Positions 38,819 to 52,079 of a stretch of 64,000 nucleotides of DNA are shown here, one piece after another. Location of the stretch: contig JAPEUD010000002.1 of assembly GCA_026026165.1 (NCBI GenBank), positions 186,001 through 250,000 on the forward strand, written 5' to 3'. The translations under genes and the position numbers were made by a program. The DNA is from Sarea resinae. Lineage: Eukaryota. Position 1 is the stretch's first letter, and each line of letters begins with the position of its first letter. A model generated the notes under the pieces. The model saw only the letters and a program-made list of their open reading frames with translations. It ran no database searches and was not told the origin of the DNA.

Positions 38819-40700
38819 ACTATAACCTAAATAAATTGTTAAAGGTATACTCTATATTTTATATACCTAGTTACTAGATAACACTTTAAAATCTATTAAC
38901 TATTAGATACTATTAATTAGATAAGAGCTTTTCTAGCTAGTAAATAATAGGCCTAGTATTATAAAGAATATTAATAGAGTTAGATACAAATTTATTAAGT
39001 GTCTATATATAAATTATATATACTTAATATAATCTTACTAATAATTAGCAGAGAGCTTAAACTTCTTATCTAATTCTAACACTAGTTTATAATCTAATTT
39101 AGCTATAAAAGGACTAGAAAATAAAAGGTATAAAGAGAGCCTATAAAGTTCTAAAATATAATAATTAAGAGAGAGATAATATAAGAGTCTAATAGAGAAA
39201 GGCCTATATATATCTATAGTAAGGATAATAAAAAGACTAAAAGTAGTCTACTACTTTCTATTTAAGTCTCTTTACTTTTAGAGACTCTTTAGAAAACATA
39301 GCTTATCTCTTTAAAGACTATTTTCCTTTAATTTTACTACTCTCTTATTAAGAAACAGTTTGTATTTAGCCTTAGGAATTTTACTATCCTTATCTTTTTA
39401 TACCTAATACTCTATCTTTTTCTATACTTAAAGCTAGTCTAGGAAATTTAAAGAAGGTTTTACCTTATTCTGTCTTAAACAGACTAATTCTATTATCTCT
39501 TTAATACTACTATTATACTCACACATTAAATATATAATAATAACTGTTAAAGACTAAGATATTCTATAATTATATTAAATAAGAACACTAGTATAAGTGT
39601 GTATACCTCTAATACTATTAGTTATCTTAAAAAGAGAGTTAGAGAAAAGATATATATATAATAAAAGTACTCTATTAATAAACTTACAGATTTAATTTAT
39701 ATAAACTAAGAGATCCTATGTTAGTAATCCTAAGTATTTAATAAATAGATAATAATCCTTTAAAACAATCTCTAAAAAATATTCCTAGCTCTATAGTCTA
39801 TTTAGAGCATTTGTAAGAGAGATAACAGTGTCTATATAAAGCTCTTAAAGAGTATTTATATTATAAAAGGCTCTAATATTACTAAGGAAAATAGCTAATA
39901 TTATTTTTAATAGTAATAGTATGTTTTATTTCTAGAATAATTACTCTCTCCTTTAATAATAAGAATTAAATATAGTAGTTAATATCCTTCTATATTAAAA
40001 GGAATAGAAATAGGTCCTTTATATTTGCTTTAGCACTATAATAAGAGTATAGAGACTCCTTAGCGCTTTTTAATAAGATTAGGTAATATTTGCAATTTAT
40101 AATATAAATATAAGAGCTACTACTAATAGAGGTGCTATATATAGCTTAGTGTAGTGTAGAGTAACTACCTAGTGTAATTTAGCAACGTTTAAGTAAGCTA
40201 AGCAAAGTTATTAGTTATATAGATTACTAGAGGCGCTAGCTATTAGGGCTAGCGTTTAGTGCAATTATAAAGTTAGTGCTTACTAGTAATATCTATATCT
40301 ATAGTATTAGTTCTGTATTGCTAGAGTGATAACAGCACGTTATAGTGCACTAGCCTATTTAATTATACTATTCCTACCTACTCTACTATAGCTAGAAGTC
40401 TAAGAGGCGGCCTAATAATAAAAGAGGAGTTAAAATAGAGTAATATCTAGGAAATAGCTAAATACACTAGATTAATGTTTGCTATAGATATAGAAAATAT
40501 CTTAGGTGCTATATAGTAGCTCTTAATATAGAGTTTAGCTTATATTATATATAGCGGCTTTATTGTTGTATTATATAATATAAGGTAGCTTATTCACCTA
40601 TAAAGAATAGAGATAGAGGCAAATAAGGAGTTAGGTGCTGCAGGCGCTATTAAAAGCTACATAGGATGTTACTATAGATAAATTTGTGAATTACATGCTT
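38819..40700. other. Extremely AT-rich RIP relic of unidentifiable origin
   Basis: Saturated with TA/TAG/CTA and depleted in TCA/CCA/TCG/CCG. No recognisable motif. Confidence 0.5.
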
Positions 40701-41170
40701 TAACATTTTTGGTCCCTGCCACTTAGATCTCCTGCTAAGTGTATCCAGCTCAAAACTCACGCCCTCGCCCGGAAATCATAGCCTGACTTACTAATTCAAC
40801 ACAATATCAAAGCGGGTAAAGGTGAAGATAGGCTGAGCGGTATTCTATTATCCGCACCAGTAGTTCTTTCGCTCTAATCCGTTATAGTAATCGAATTTTC
40901 TGGTGACCTAGATTAGTATGATTCTGTCGCAGAAACAACGAGCGAGTGGCCTTACCTATACTGCTAATAGCTGCAGGATCATTATTAACCTCAGTCTCTC
41001 TCAAGTCTCTGCGCTGCCAAATCAGGGCGTATCTCTCTAAGAGCTCTTTGACAGAGGGGAGGTTGTCACTATCACTATCGCCACTACAAGACCAGCGGTC
41101 ATTCTCCTCCGCTGCATTCGTCAGCAACAGACGCTGCAAGACCGGCAAACTTTAACTCATTCTCCTATAG

Positions 41171-44100
41171 CATAACCTCGAACGGCCTTTCTGGTTCTCG
41201 GAGCCTCTCATATCTTCATCGACCTCGCAGCCAATCGCGAGACCTCTTGAAGGGGGCCGGCCCATTGATCGTCGCGTCCGCTATGAATGGCCTTCGACGC
41301 TGCCTCCATCCCCGGGAGTGGCTATAGAGAATTTGTTCCCTTCCCCTCATGCATACCGGGAAGGTGACTCGAGACTGGGGGCACCGGCTCAAAATCGTCC
41401 TCGAACATCTCAGGTGTCAGTGGGTGGTGGTGGTGCAGCAGCAGATAAGGTAGAGACAGATCTGATCTGGAGGTTCTACACTGATAATAATGGACCGTGG
41501 AATCAACACAAGGTGCCTGAAATCGTCAATGCTCTTCTGTCAACCCGACACTGTGACCCACGAGCAACTGGCATGCCAAATCTAACCGTGGGTCAGTATT
41601 GTGGAGGCCTAAAGTCAGAGGTAGCAAGCAATGCGACAGGCCCCTACCTTTCAGACTCTGGGTACGGAAGTCAGAGCCAGGCTGCAACCTCAGTCTTTAG
41701 CGCCGATCCGCCAGCTAATCAACAGCGCTTAGAGTTAACTAATCGCGCCAACAGTGTGCAGATGTACTCCACGAGGGACGAATTAGTGGCAAGCCAACAT
41801 CTTGAGAATCGCCTAGAGTATTTCCAATTTTTGGGTCTCCCTACATAAAACTTTTCCTAGGAATCTAGAGATCTAGAGTGTACTATCTGTTATATCAAAC
41901 TTAAATGCTAGTCTGAACTTAAGTCTGTTTAGATATTTAGCTTGTATGTACTTGACTAATTCTCGATGAACAGGAAGCACATGCGTTGACATGTGAAGCT
42001 ATACAGATGTGACATTCAAGGATGTTCTAGGAAGGAAGGCTTCAGCACAATAAATGATTAGGATAGACATAAGAAGAGCTTGCATCGAATTAAGCCAGTA
42101 CATAGCACCGATAAATACTATATGTGTGCTGTTAAGGACTGTAAAAATCAAAAAAAGATCTGGCCACGTCTGGACAACTTTCGGCAGCACATCAAACAAA
42201 TGCACCCTGAGTCAGACGTCGACAAGCTACTGCAGCGGTACGTCGCGGAGCTTTGCGTATCTTCCTAAGCAATCACTGACAATAGCAGGTCCGAAATCCA
42301 GTCAGAGGCCGAAGTGGAGGGAGACGCGAGCGACTCCGACCTGTCATCGTTTAGTCGGTCAAGCACCGGCTTACTTGCGTCTTCAGGATGCGTTGGCCAG
42401 GAACTTTGGGGTGGATCCCCACATGAGGGATACAAACCTTCCACGACTGATCCTGCCATTCGAGGTTCACCACCACGAGTGGCTTGGCAACATAACGATA
42501 TTCCAAAAAGGCAATTCTACACAGCAGGACAATCTTTCTTGGATTCATCCGCTTCTCAAGGATGTCATCTTGCGAACAACAGGAGCGTGACTGCTCTCGA
42601 ACAAGTATCATCAAATGCGGCCTCTATTGGTACGAGGGGCCGTCCTAGCAGCATTGGCACCTCGGTGTCAGGACAGCCACTGTCTGCTGACAGATTGAGA
42701 CCTCATGGCGCACAAAGCACTGATAGACATAACGGCGAAGCTACCCGAGCAGCTGCGCAATCCCAGGATCCGCAATTATTCGACGATTCGCTTCTTAGAA
42801 GCCTCAGCGAAATTGCAGGCCTCGTCACGGCCGCTGACTCTGAGAAGAACGATTCCGCCGGTCCTTCTGCTATCGCTTCAGCATTGGCTGAACGGGAGCG
42901 CGCTTCAATGATTGAACATGATAGATTTGGTAAGGATGAGGTTGGTGGCGGCAGGGCACTAGAGCTCAGTAGCCGGCTGGAACAGCAGGTGCTACGGATC
43001 AAATCCGGCCTTGAAAGCCTTTTGAATATGAAAACAGAGTTGAGTAACCTTCCAGGCACTGAAGGTAACGCTGGATCTTCACGAGGGCCAAGAAAAGGCA
43101 TCAGGTGTAAACACTGTCCCAAAATTCTGCCACGCCAAAGTGACATGAAGTCTGTTTTACCTTAAGCTTCTCAGCTTTGTCAGTCCACTGATTGTTGTTT
43201 GCAGTAAACACCAAAAACGCTATCTCTGTCCCTACAGCTGCACATTTGCGAATAAAGGCTGCTATAAGGCCTTTGGCAGTAAGAATGACTGGAAACAGCA
43301 TGAGAACGTACGGCACTTCCAGCAGGAGGCTTAGCGTTGTCATGAGATGGTCGCTCTTCCTGAAGTCAATAATATACAAGCAAAGAGACAATGTGCCAAG
43401 ATCTTCTACCGCTGTAAAGCTTTTCAAAACCATCTCTGAAACTAACACAAGGTTGACTCAGTGGCGAAGCTTAAAGACAAGTGTCAAACTCGCCGCATTG
43501 GCCGCAATTGGCAGGACCAATTCTAGTGCGGTTTCTGTCAAAGGATAAAACGACTTCAAGGTCGAAGTCGTGAGGCATAGGACGAACAGGCCGATCATAT
43601 TTGTAGACATTTTAATGATGGACTCCGGATGGCCCAATAGGTACCTGTCGATGGGAATAGACCAAAAGGGGACTTTGAGGGAGAGTCTGACCCCGACGAC
43701 GACAGCAATCATAGCGAGGATGAACAGATTCAAACTTTGAGTCCCGTCGGGGTGAAGCCTCCGCCGCCTATGTTCAGGCAAGCATCCCAGCAACTGGCTG
43801 GTGAGAATCGCCGACCACCACCCGACCACCGTCTTGAGACGTCTTCGGGCCTTTCCAGCATCAACCCGGCTCCTCCGCCTCTTTCTGTGCCAGGCTCCCC
43901 AAAGCATATGCATGGTCAGAAGCGTTCACATCCCTCTACGGACGAGGGACCACCTGCGAAGAAGCTATCTAGAGGCGACCTCATGGTCTACTGCGTACGT
44001 TCTCCCCGTGTGGTGTGATGTTCAGTACTGATGATATCTACAGTGCAAGTGTTATGCCGGGCCTCAGCTGAGGTCGAATGCGTCGAGGTGTTCCGGGGGC

Positions 44101-44187
44101 ATTGCCGGCGACCTGTGTATGGGGCATGAATTCTGTGCCCAGTGCAAGTACGAGTATCCGCCCAAGCCCAAGGACGACGGCACGTAA
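41171..44187 (+). pseudogene. Multi-C2H2 zinc-finger transcription factor gene with RIP-type nonsense mutations (5' end uncertain)
   Basis: Fingers CTIC..KHMR.H, YRCDIQGC..RHKKSLH, YMCAVKDC..RLDNFRQHIKQMH, IRCKHC..KHQKR, YSCTF..KNDWKQHENVRH and F(W)CGFC..DHICRHF. Introns ~41923-41973, 42238-42288, 43150-43204, 43995-44043. Several TAG/TAA/TGA at Trp/Gln/Arg positions. Confidence 0.85.
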
Positions 44188-44945
44188 AAACGTTGGCGCT
44201 GCTTTTTGTAAATCAATAGGGAAAACGTCTTGGAAATGGCGTCGTGCCCATCATATTTTTTCAACGCGGGAGGGCGGTTTTCAAGCTTCCTCGGGGGGGG
44301 GGTGGGGGGGATGTATGTAGCACTACTTTGATTTTGTTTTCTTGATATTTTGCAGATCGTCTCGTCGTATGATATCCATGCATGTATGCTATATCATAGG
44401 CGGGGAATAGGTTCTTCTGGTCAAAGTCGTCTATCATCTAGATTTCAATTGGCATCACGGGTCGAACCGTTCTTCCCATCCGTGTTGTTGTGATTGTTAT
44501 TATTATCTTTCAAATCTAGATCTTATTAGGAAATAGTTTTTTTTTCCTAATTGGGAAAAAGATGATGATTAATATTGTGGATTTATTTGTTGGTTTTTCT
44601 GGCTGTGATGGGATTAGAGGCGAAATACTGATCTACTCGAGTTACGAGTGAGTGAGTACCTGGACAGGTTTGTACGAGCGAGTGAGTGAGGTAAGGACGA
44701 CCGTAAGGTACCTTACTATGTATGTACTCTAAGGTATCTCATAAGACTAATGTACATACCTACCTACCTACATAGGTACCTAGAGTAACTTCGTACCTAC
44801 TGTAAGCGTCAAACTACACCCGATGAAGCATTTAATCTACAGAGTTTTTTTTGGCGATGCGACCACGTCGAGTTGACGACGTATCGGCCAAGGCCCAAAG
44901 GTGCCACCTTTTTCTTATCTGAATCTGATATGACACAACCACTAC

Positions 44946-44984
44946 CCACCTACCTACCTACCTACCTACCTACCTACCTACCTA
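44946..44984. repeat. (TACC)n microsatellite
   Basis: Direct tandem array of about 9 units. Confidence 0.85.
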
Positions 44985-45221
44985 TTAAACATTCACTCCG
45001 TTCGCGGACTGATTCCTCTTCTTGTGAATGCTTCTCAAGCCCCTTCTCCACATCTCCAAATGAGAGAAGGAAAAAAAAAGGATCATTTCCGAATCCACTG
45101 ATTGCTGTTCCTCCGTGCCACAAATTGAACACCCAACTGCCGCTAGCAACGAATGGCTGCCTGTACTCCTCCCTCCGCCGCATCCCTCTCCCCTAACAAA
45201 AAATCGTCCTCGAAGAAAGCA

Positions 45222-46082
45222 ATGTCTGCTGGGAAAGAAAACGTCAATCCAAGCTCAAGACAGAAGTCTATGCCACCCGCTCGCGACCGCATCGCCGCCG
45301 CCGCCAGATCTTTGCAGGAAAATGGCATCACTATTGTCGAGTACGGCGAGCAGCTGCATGCACGATTGGGAGATCCCGTCGCCCTTCAGGTGAGATGACA
45401 CTGCCTTCAATTTCTCTACTTTGACTTCTTCCCGTCTCCTCTCCCCCACTCTCTAAATATAGAATACAACGTGTTCATGACTTCTGACTATGAAACTGTC
45501 TTCCAGACCATTGAATGGGTGATTCCTGATCTTCAGCTCAAATCCGCATCCGAGCTTCTTCTCCAGCAAAAGCTCCCCTTGACTGCGCCCTCGCCTGTCC
45601 TCGTCCCTATCTTCGGCGAGTGGGAAACGAATGGCATCATCCACAAGATCCCGGGCACAAACGACACAGAAGACTATTACATGCGTATCCACCTCTATCC
45701 ACTTTCCTTCGTGGGGCTCTCGCTGGAAGATACCTTGGAGACCACAGCAGTCTTTGACAGACGACAAAAAATCCGGACACCAGAACCACAGAGATACCTC
45801 CTTTCGTTGATACGCTATTTGTTAAGCCACCCTCTTGGCCATATCGGCCGACGAAGAGTGTGCAGCAATCTGATTTCATTCGTGACGTATTATATATTCA
45901 ATGAGCCTGACGATTATGACGAGGAGGCCGAGAGCGAGGAGGATTTTCAGATGAGAGTCGAAGAAGCGATATCCGCCGTGCAAAAGTGGGAGTGGGACTC
46001 TCCCATCTCAAAGAGAGAAATCGATATCGTGCAAAATATCATCCGTGACTGCCGGTCTATAAACACATTGACTGGTTCCTAG
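45222..46082 (+). CDS. Hypothetical protein, possibly a degenerate nucleotidyltransferase fold (2 exons; intron ~45390-45507)
   Basis: Spliced sequence AAARSLQENGITIVEYGEQLHARLGDPVALQ-TIEWVIPD. Canonical GT/CTGAC/CAG intron signals. An in-frame upstream ATG at 45153 is an alternative start. Confidence 0.6.
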
Positions 46083-46948
46083 GTAGACTCAAATGCAATC
46101 TGTTCATAATCCTCTTTTCTCATCGCTTCACGTAAGCATGACCTGATTTGTGGATGCTTGACGTATAGGAGATGAAATCCCGGTAGCAGTTCTGATACGG
46201 GCTTGGACCCATAATTTGTAAAATCGATTCGAACTTGATTGGCAACCAGCCAGTTCAGAATCACTTCAATGTCTTGGAAATCTGAATCTGCCTTTCTAAT
46301 ACTTTTCGGTCGCGTTGAGTCCGCGATATGTCGCCACCGATTCACTTTCGTGATAACGAGTACCATTGGATGGATGATCGGTACTTGGTTCTTCAGGTTA
46401 GCTAGATAAACAGGGACAGTAAAGAACCTCTTACCTCCATTTTCCGTTGGATAGACAGGCGTAGTACTGAGATCGGGAAGCTTAAGCTGTTGTTGCGCAC
46501 CGCCCTGTAGTAACTCGACAACGACGTCCTTAGTTCCAGATGCGGCATGTCCTCGCTGCTCTATTTGTCAATAGGTATATAGCGTGGACTGGGAAGTAGG
46601 GTTTGCTCACATTCCGATACTTTAATTGATATGCTCCAGACATAACAAAGTTATCATTGGCGGCTAGCAACTCCGAACAAATCTCCTCTGCAGGCCGGTC
46701 TACGATGACGTCGATGTCCTTTCATCTTGAGTTAGATTGAGCACACATCAAACGTCAGTCAATAAACGATGGATGAGAGCTTTAGGTACCTGGGTATACC
46801 TCAGACCTCCGAGTTGTGAGACGGCAAAGCCACCAATGTAGGCATGTCGGTGACCGCCGGCATCAAGTATCGCGGACACGGCTTGTGCAGCAGTATCGAG
46901 ATCGTACTGTGCCGGGGCGTTCTCATCATGTGTTTTGGTCATCTCCAT
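46079..46948 (-). CDS. Nucleotidyltransferase-superfamily protein (AbiEii-like motif pattern), 4 exons
   Basis: HAYIGGFAVSQLGGLRYTQ-DIDVIV (GG...R.T.DxD), VELL, then LVITK..RW and KADSDFQDI. Three short GT-AG introns (~46789-46739, 46610-46563, 46434-46385). Confidence 0.75.
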
Positions 46949-48219
46949 GTTTATTGAGGCTATCGCGAAGTGAACTGAAGAAGCTGTGAAGGTGGCTGAT
47001 CAAGACTTGAGATGAAGAGCTTCCGGTAATAGTGATGATAATTGTACGAAGTGGAGTGACGACGATGGAGAAAAGACGCTCCAGCTGTAAACCTGTGGTT
47101 GCGAGAAGACTTTCAAGTAACAGTGAACGAGAAGCTTATTCGAAACGGAGATATTCAAATCGATCAAGAGAATCTGATAATGATGATAGATGATGGATGA
47201 TGAGGATGATGATGGATGATGATAAAGACCAAGGACTAGACACGAACTCGATTGGAGACAAGGATGAACACCTGTTCGATTGAAGAGGAGACTGGTCATA
47301 GAAGCGGACGCGAAGGCACTCGTTACAGAGGTGACGCGAATGAAGAAAATAAACAGAGGCAAGGAACTTGGAAGGCACTCAGCCGTTCGATGAGGAAAGC
47401 GCTGCCGTCTAGGTATCATAGTGAATATCTATATCACGATGCGATTCTTTACACGCCTGCCATAGTATTACATGAGGTTACCATAAGACACTTAAATATG
47501 ATGTGTGTATGTATGGGTGTGGACATGGACGAGTTGAGTTGAGGCTCTTACAGTGAGATGAATAAACATACCTTAATACTCACATCGGCCTCTCCGATCC
47601 TTTGACCCCTCATCCAGTAGTGATCGACGCATCAACGCAATTATGATTGTCGCGACTATTGTCTGCGCATCTTTACCTATTACCGACCTACCTACCTAGG
47701 GACCTTACTCACCTTAGTACTACAAAGTACAAAGTACGAAGTACTCGAGGAAGGCACGCGCGAGGCTGCCCTGCGCAGCGAGGCTGAATCAGCTCGGGAA
47801 ACCAAGGCATGGATTATTGCACCCAGCATCATTCTGCAGCTTCTGCCATAAATAAGTTTCTAGCAAAACTTCTTGGTAAGCAACGATTCATTGATACAAC
47901 ACATACCGCAATAGCATATCTGCCGCTGAAACATCGCGAGAAATACTATGAGTGATTTGATTGCACTCAAAGACTGACTCCTGAAATATAGCGGGGATTG
48001 ACGTAATGCCTATTCGTCGGGTGCTATCACATCATATAGACGCAGGTAGAATATAACCTCATCGCTGATAGTGAGAACGATAATCTTAGATCAGGTAGGC
48101 CTCTGGAAGCCCGGATGGCTTCGTCGCATTGATTGACACTAGATAAATTTGATGAACAGTAGGAATGAAACATGCACGAGGCACGGGTAAGAGAGCGGAA
48201 AACAGAGAAAGATTAACCT

Positions 48220-50082
48220 AACCTTGTTCTCGGCCCGCGAAATTAGATTCTGATGCGTAGGGCGATTGCTTTTGAGGGGGGATCGCGAAAGAATGATTGT
48301 CTCCGCGCGGAGACTTTGCACTAGGATCTGAACCCAGCCGATGTAGAATAGACGAGAAAGCAAGACAAGCGCCCAGACCAGCAACGGCCTCGAGATGTAG
48401 CGATTCGCGAGGGTCGGCGGCGAGGTTTGATATCAATCGCTTACCTTTTCAACTCATATATTAGAGCTGAAAGTCGCGATATTGAGGGAAAAGGAGCTCC
48501 ATAATACTTTCGAATACCAGTGTTTAGGTGAACACTCTGGTTGTTTGCAAGGGTCGCATTGGACATTTGAATCCGCGTCAGGCAATCATCAACTGGGAGA
48601 GGCGCTTCGCGTCCTGCGGATGCTCGACCAAAAACTGCCAAAGAAGACACGCAGATAGTGCTCAATGTTGATTCAACCTGGGAAGAGTTTGAAGACGTCG
48701 CATTTGAAGAAAAAAGATCGCTATGCCTTCTAGCCAAAAACCTGTCCATGGGACTGACCATCTGTTGTCAAAAGCCGAAGCTATGCTCACCGTCGGGCCA
48801 CCATTGGCACAAATCTCGTCGGTAATTCTGAAATATTCTGGTTCCTCTAGATCAAAGACCTCTGGGCCCAAAGTCCCACCAAAGACAATTTCCACTCGTA
48901 GTCATCCCCTTCCCAAGTCTTGCGAGAAGCCAGATTCAAGCAGGAATGCCAGCCAACAAGAGGACCGAGGTTAGCGCCCAGATATGCTTGGAGCGACTCC
49001 GGGTAAGGGCGTTTCATCGGTCGAAGGCAGAACAGGACCGAGACCCATGATACTGTCGACGGGCAATCCGGCTTCCAAAGCGCATCCAAAGTCGGATAAT
49101 TGAATGACTGTGCTGGCCTGACATGTCTGACTGTGATTCTCGGCACTTTTGAAGCACATCGCGTCCTTTCCATAGGAGACCTCAAAAGCTTCCCGAAAGC
49201 CGGGCAAGTATGCGGTATTTGTACCGGCCCAGATCCGGCAAATAAATATTGCTGTAAGTCTCTTAACCGTGTTCGTTGGAAAAGCCCATTCCTGAGAGAT
49301 GCATCTCGAGAAGTTGTAGCTGCGCCTCAATGAGCGGAGCGAGTGAACAAGGACATTCATGTCCAATCACTGAGCACGGTCAGTCATCGGGGTGGTGCCC
49401 CCACAGTGACATTAAACAGAGGGCCAAGTGCTAAACTGGTCAGAATGACCGCAATCGACGTTGCAAACGCATTGTGACGGTGTGTCGGAAGGCTTTGAGA
49501 TGCTAGTGGCGCATGCGAGAGAAGTGAAAGCGGACGCAACTGCAAGTAGAAGGAAAAGTGAAGTTCTGATAGACTAGGACTGGAGAAGATGCGTCTTGCC
49601 GCCTGTGTACAGGAAATCATTCGTCATTTTGCTTGGACGACTATGTGCATACACGCCGAAAGACTGATTCAGGGGATGATCTTCTCCTTTTTGATATCTC
49701 GCCCAAGATTTCTTACATGCAATTTCGTTTCTCTCTCAACCTTACCTATGCGACCGCTGTGGCTTCTTTTTGGAAATAGTCTGGGATCAATCTTGTTTAT
49801 AAGAACCTTGATGTCTTTCGGGCTTGTGGATGATGATGCTTCATGTTGAGCCTTCTCTTGCCCCTTGCTGACAAGGGCGTCTCCGATTAACTCTACGCTG
49901 TCTCTCAGCAACCAGTCGACCACCCTCCTATGCTTCTCCCTCGTTGGTCCATCAATGCAGTACATGGAGCCCCAATACAGGACTGCCGCTGACGTTAGAT
50001 CTGCTAGGCTCGACTCTTCCCCTTCCGCATAAAGGATTCGGGGATTGGAGAGATACGTGTAGGGGGTTCTGGACGGTGCCAT
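48220..50082 (-). pseudogene. Degenerate or heavily spliced hypothetical gene
   Basis: Chain of minus-strand ORF pieces starting with a good ATG at 50082 (49669-50082, 49384-49620, 48971-49366, 48662-48895, 48441-48761). No recognisable domain; exon structure not resolved. Confidence 0.3.
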
Positions 50083-50713
50083 AGTTGATAGTTGAGAGGA
50101 CGGCTAGTCCGCATCGGAAATCACGAGTTGAATATCATTGCAGACTGGAAAACCGGCGTGAGAACACTGAGAATTTTCATGAGAATAACAACAGAATCTT
50201 GCTATTACACGGTGGACCGTGAGTACGAAGGGAAAGAGGGGATAGTGACAGGAAGCATCATGTCTTTCTAAACCCGCTCCTGCATCATCCCGTACCTGTG
50301 CAGCCGGTGTCACTACCCGACCTGAGGAACTTCTGTTCCATTGCAACCCGAAGGCATCCACTGGAGATAATAGAAAGCGTTTGGTGTTTCCCAAAGTAAG
50401 TGTCCATTGACGTCGTACTTTTATGTACCGGGGAGAACTTGGAATGCGGGGAGGGGTAGCTTAGTACTAGTATGGTAAAGGTATGGCGGGGCGGGGCGGG
50501 GCGGGGCGGCGATCGGAGGGGTCCGTACAGTAATTGAGGCAAGGTAAACACTCATCTACCTACCTTACCTTACCCTGCCTACTTGATTCTGCGGACGAAG
50601 ATCAAAACACCACCGCATTGCCTCCAATTGCCCGGGTCTACAGCCTGCCTCTCCTATCACCACCATCACCACCACCAGTATCACTACCACTACCACTGCC
50701 CCCACCTTCGACA

Positions 50714-51978
50714 ATGGCATCGCACACGCACTCGCACGACGGCCTCTCGCAGCACTCTCACTCTCACGACAGCGCCGCCATCGACCACGGACACACGCAC
50801 GAGATCCTCGACGGGCCGGGCTCGTTCACGGCGCGCGAGATGCCAATCATCGCAGGCCGAGACTGGCGCGAACGGGCGTTTACAGTGGGAATTGGCGGGT
50901 AAGCCTCCCCCGATCGAATTCAATGCAGTAATGCACCCCAGGTCTCGAAATGCCCATGCATGCGTGAACCGCGCAAAAATCGGTTTACTAATAGCTATAC
51001 CCCAGGCCGGTCGGATCAGGCAAGACAGCACTGATGCTGGCGCTGTGTCTGGCGCTGCGAGACACGCACTCGATAGCCGCGGTGACAAACGACATCTTCA
51101 CGCGCGAAGACGCCGAGTTCCTCACGACGCACGAGGCGCTGCCGGCGGCGCGGATTCGGGCGATCGAGACGGGCGGGTGTCCGCACGCGGCGGTGCGCGA
51201 GGACATCAGCGCCAACCTGGCGGCGCTGGAGGACCTGCACGCCGAGTTCGCCACGGACATGCTGCTGATCGAGAGCGGCGGCGACAACCTGGCGGCCAAC
51301 TACAGCCGCGAGTTGGCGGATTATATCGTCTATGTCATCGATGTCAGCGGCGGCGATAAGATCCCGCGGAAGGGCGGGCCCGGCATCACACAGAGCGATC
51401 TCTTGGTGGTTAATAAGACGGATCTGGCGCCGTACGTGGGCGCGGATCTGGGCGTCATGGAGAGGGATGCTGGGAAGATGAGGTGCGTGCGTTTGTCTTT
51501 CTGCTTCCTCTACTTTCTTCATCTTTTTCTCTTTTCGAGTCCACTGCCTCCATGGCCCTTATTCCCCGTTTCCCGTCCCCACTCTATCCACATCATCCAC
51601 ATCATCCACATCATTCACATCATCCACACCCTCCACACCATCCACTCTACCCGCCTCAATCCCATCATCCCCCTTATCTCTCTTATCCCCCTCACCCCCC
51701 CCCTCCCACACCTACACAAACCATCCCCCTACACAAACCACCCACCCCCCCAATCTATCCACCACAAACCCCCAACCCAATCCCGTCAACTCCCATCCAA
51801 CTAACACTTTGGCCCTCCCTCTCCCCCTCACAGAGAAGGCGGCCCAACTATCTTCGCCGAGGTCAAGAACGGCAAGAACGTCGACCACATCGTGCGGCTG
51901 ATCCTGAGCGCGTGGAAAGCGAGCGGGGCACAGAGCGTCTGTTTGCAACGGCAACGAGAACGGCAGCAGAAGGAGTAA
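50714..51978 (+). CDS. ureG: Urease accessory GTPase UreG (exons 50714-50898, 51006-51482, 51834-51978)
   Basis: His-rich N-terminus, P-loop [49 protein letters not shown], and a C-terminal [11 protein letters not shown] exon. Confidence 0.97.
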
Positions 51979-52013
51979 GAGGGGGGTATGGGGCAGGAAG
52001 GCGTGGAGATTTC

Positions 52014-52015
<2 letters not shown>

Positions 52016-52077
<62 letters not shown>
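52016..52077 (+). repeat. Poly-G homopolymer (62 nt)
   Basis: Seen directly in the sequence. Length may be an assembly artefact. Confidence 0.8.

Positions 52078-52079
<2 letters not shown>

Noticed and set aside
1..40700. Stop-codon readthrough or an alternative genetic code explaining the many in-frame TAGs
   Set aside because: Stops differ between copies, match C>T/G>A changes at Gln/Trp/Arg codons, and are absent from intact host genes. RIP explains them.
44640..50590. TACC-rich tracts as termini of a mobile element enclosing the NTase pair
   Set aside because: No convincing inverted or direct terminal repeat, TSD or recombinase found; such tracts are common in fungal intergenic DNA.
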